From Paludibacteraceae bacterium (GTDB taxonomy: Bacteria > Bacteroidota > Bacteroidia > Bacteroidales > Paludibacteraceae), in contig JAZUHH010000027.1 of assembly GCA_045641625.1 (NCBI GenBank), positions 1,582-65,581 on the forward strand: a stretch of DNA of 64,000 bases. The letters run 5' to 3'. A program made the translations under genes and the position numbers. The notes below the pieces were generated by a model. The model searched no databases. It saw only the letters and a list, made by a program, of their open reading frames with translations, and was not told the origin of the DNA. Below are positions 63,301 through 64,000 of the stretch, piece after piece. The first letter of the stretch is position 1. The number at the start of each line of letters is the position of its first letter.

Positions 63301-64000
63301 ATGAAAGTAATTAATTTAAATTCTAAGTTCGATCTTACTAAGGTTCAGATCGATTTCGCTGAGACTATAATGTCTTGGTATTCTAGAGATGAACACAATT
63401 CTTATGAGTTTGACTTCAATTTCCTAATGGATAAGATACCAGTGTTCCTAATAAATGAGGACACATTGAAAGTTTGGGAGCGAGAAAACCGCAAGGAATA
63501 TCAGGATGAGAATAGAGAAGAACGACGCCTTGCAACAGAATGGCTCGGCTTGTATATGTCGAAGTGTAACATATTGTCTGTTAAGCATCCTGTTATAGCA
63601 CTTTGCCCTGAGCGTATCGTTGATAGTGTCAGAAATGAAAAGGAACTTTGCTGGCTTGTGGCGAAAGTTCTTATTCATGAATTCTCTCATGCCGCGATGG
63701 ACAAGTCCGACTACGGAATTTTTGATAAGTTCCATGATTGGATGGAGGAACCAATGGCAAATCTTTTGACACTTAGCGTGGTGGAATGGTATGAAGGAGA
63801 ATGGCGCCATTCCAATTATCATTGCTATTCTCAGTTTGGAACATCGTCTGCTTTGACTATTGATGGAGATGTGTATGACGCTAGAGATTTTTATGATTTC
63901 GTATTGAACTTTGTTCGCAGTCAGCCGGACAACTATAGGATTGCGGCAGATCTGCATACGGAGGGTTTGTTTCATGCTAAGAAATGCGATGACTGGGCTC
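63301..64000 (+). CDS. Hypothetical HExxH (zinc-metallopeptidase-like motif) protein; partial, runs off the right window edge
   Basis: Missing from the ORF track because it is open-ended. The ATG at 63301 reads stop-free to 64000 (MKVINLNSKFDL...). It contains VLIHEFSHAAMD. Confidence 0.55.
   Translation, partial: MKVINLNSKFDLTKVQIDFAETIMSWYSRDEHNSYEFDFNFLMDKIPVFLINEDTLKVWERENRKEYQDENREERRLATEWLGLYMSKCNILSVKHPVIALCPERIVDSVRNEKELCWLVAKVLIHEFSHAAMDKSDYGIFDKFHDWMEEPMANLLTLSVVEWYEGEWRHSNYHCYSQFGTSSALTIDGDVYDARDFYDFVLNFVRSQPDNYRIAADLHTEGLFHAKKCDDWA

Noticed and set aside
63448-63975. 175-aa minus-strand ORF from the track.
   Set aside because: The plus strand is open from the ATG at 63301 to the window end, with an HExxH motif and sensible composition. 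The minus-strand ORF is its shadow.
1-64000. Scan for rRNA, tRNA, CRISPR arrays, transposases and integrases.
   Set aside because: I noticed no cloverleaf-like conserved tRNA sequences, no regularly spaced 25-40-bp repeats with unique spacers, and no recombinase-like ORFs. The only tandem or direct repeats are those reported above. This was a by-eye scan, so small RNAs could have been missed.

Overview
This 64-kb window is chromosomal DNA from a Bacteroidota genome, most likely Bacteroidales or Prevotellaceae-like. I infer that from TAnnTTTG -7 promoter boxes upstream of many genes, from gldD/gldE/gldG, from several large proteins ending in T9SS C-terminal sorting domains, and from the DUF4271-hemD-rnpA arrangement. 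I call 47 protein-coding genes, one of them split by a frameshift. I recognised no rRNA, tRNA, CRISPR array, transposase or integrase.

The backbone is housekeeping and envelope genes: purF-like, plsC-like, a FabK/NMO-family gene, two Upf1-like SF1 helicases, a BamA/TamA-family gene, glmM, sodB, rpiB, gldE/D/G, ppnP, hisS, dus, a polyprenyl synthase, a THUMP methyltransferase, hemD, rnpA and carB. It also includes T9SS cargo and glycoside hydrolases: CotH, GH9, an RCC1-repeat protein and GH53.

Three visibly AT-rich accessory insertions stand out (G+C was not computed):
1. About 17.7-24.7 kb. A five-gene operon encodes a TerY-like vWA protein (split at an A7 tract), a PP2C phosphatase, two paralogous HGDL-type kinases (one with Ig-like repeats) and a DUF4407-type membrane/coiled-coil protein. 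This is an extended TerY-P-like conflict or defence module and is my top candidate for an undescribed system.
2. 1192-2025. A 672-bp single-ORF cassette sits at the 3' end of the purF-like gene, flanked by an exact 81-bp duplication of that gene's end.
3. About 59987-61415. A two-gene cassette (DUF6884-like protein plus GIY-YIG nuclease) sits behind carB, flanked by a diverged duplication of the carB 3' end and terminator. A DUF2779-like nuclease and an HExxH protein follow it.

Other notable items:
- A Dna2-like nuclease-helicase gene is 4 nt from a GYF-PrsW membrane protease gene.
- A four-gene secreted-protein cluster contains a 42-bp tandem repeat carrying 16-bp palindromes.
- There is a histidine-repeat secreted protein.
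- The purF paralog lacks the N-terminal Cys nucleophile.
- A leader ORF plus terminator (attenuator-like) precedes carB.
- A ~950-bp non-coding stretch is dense in CTCCTTCCAC/GTGGAAGG motifs.

All functional calls rest on motifs read by eye from the translations. No database search was possible.
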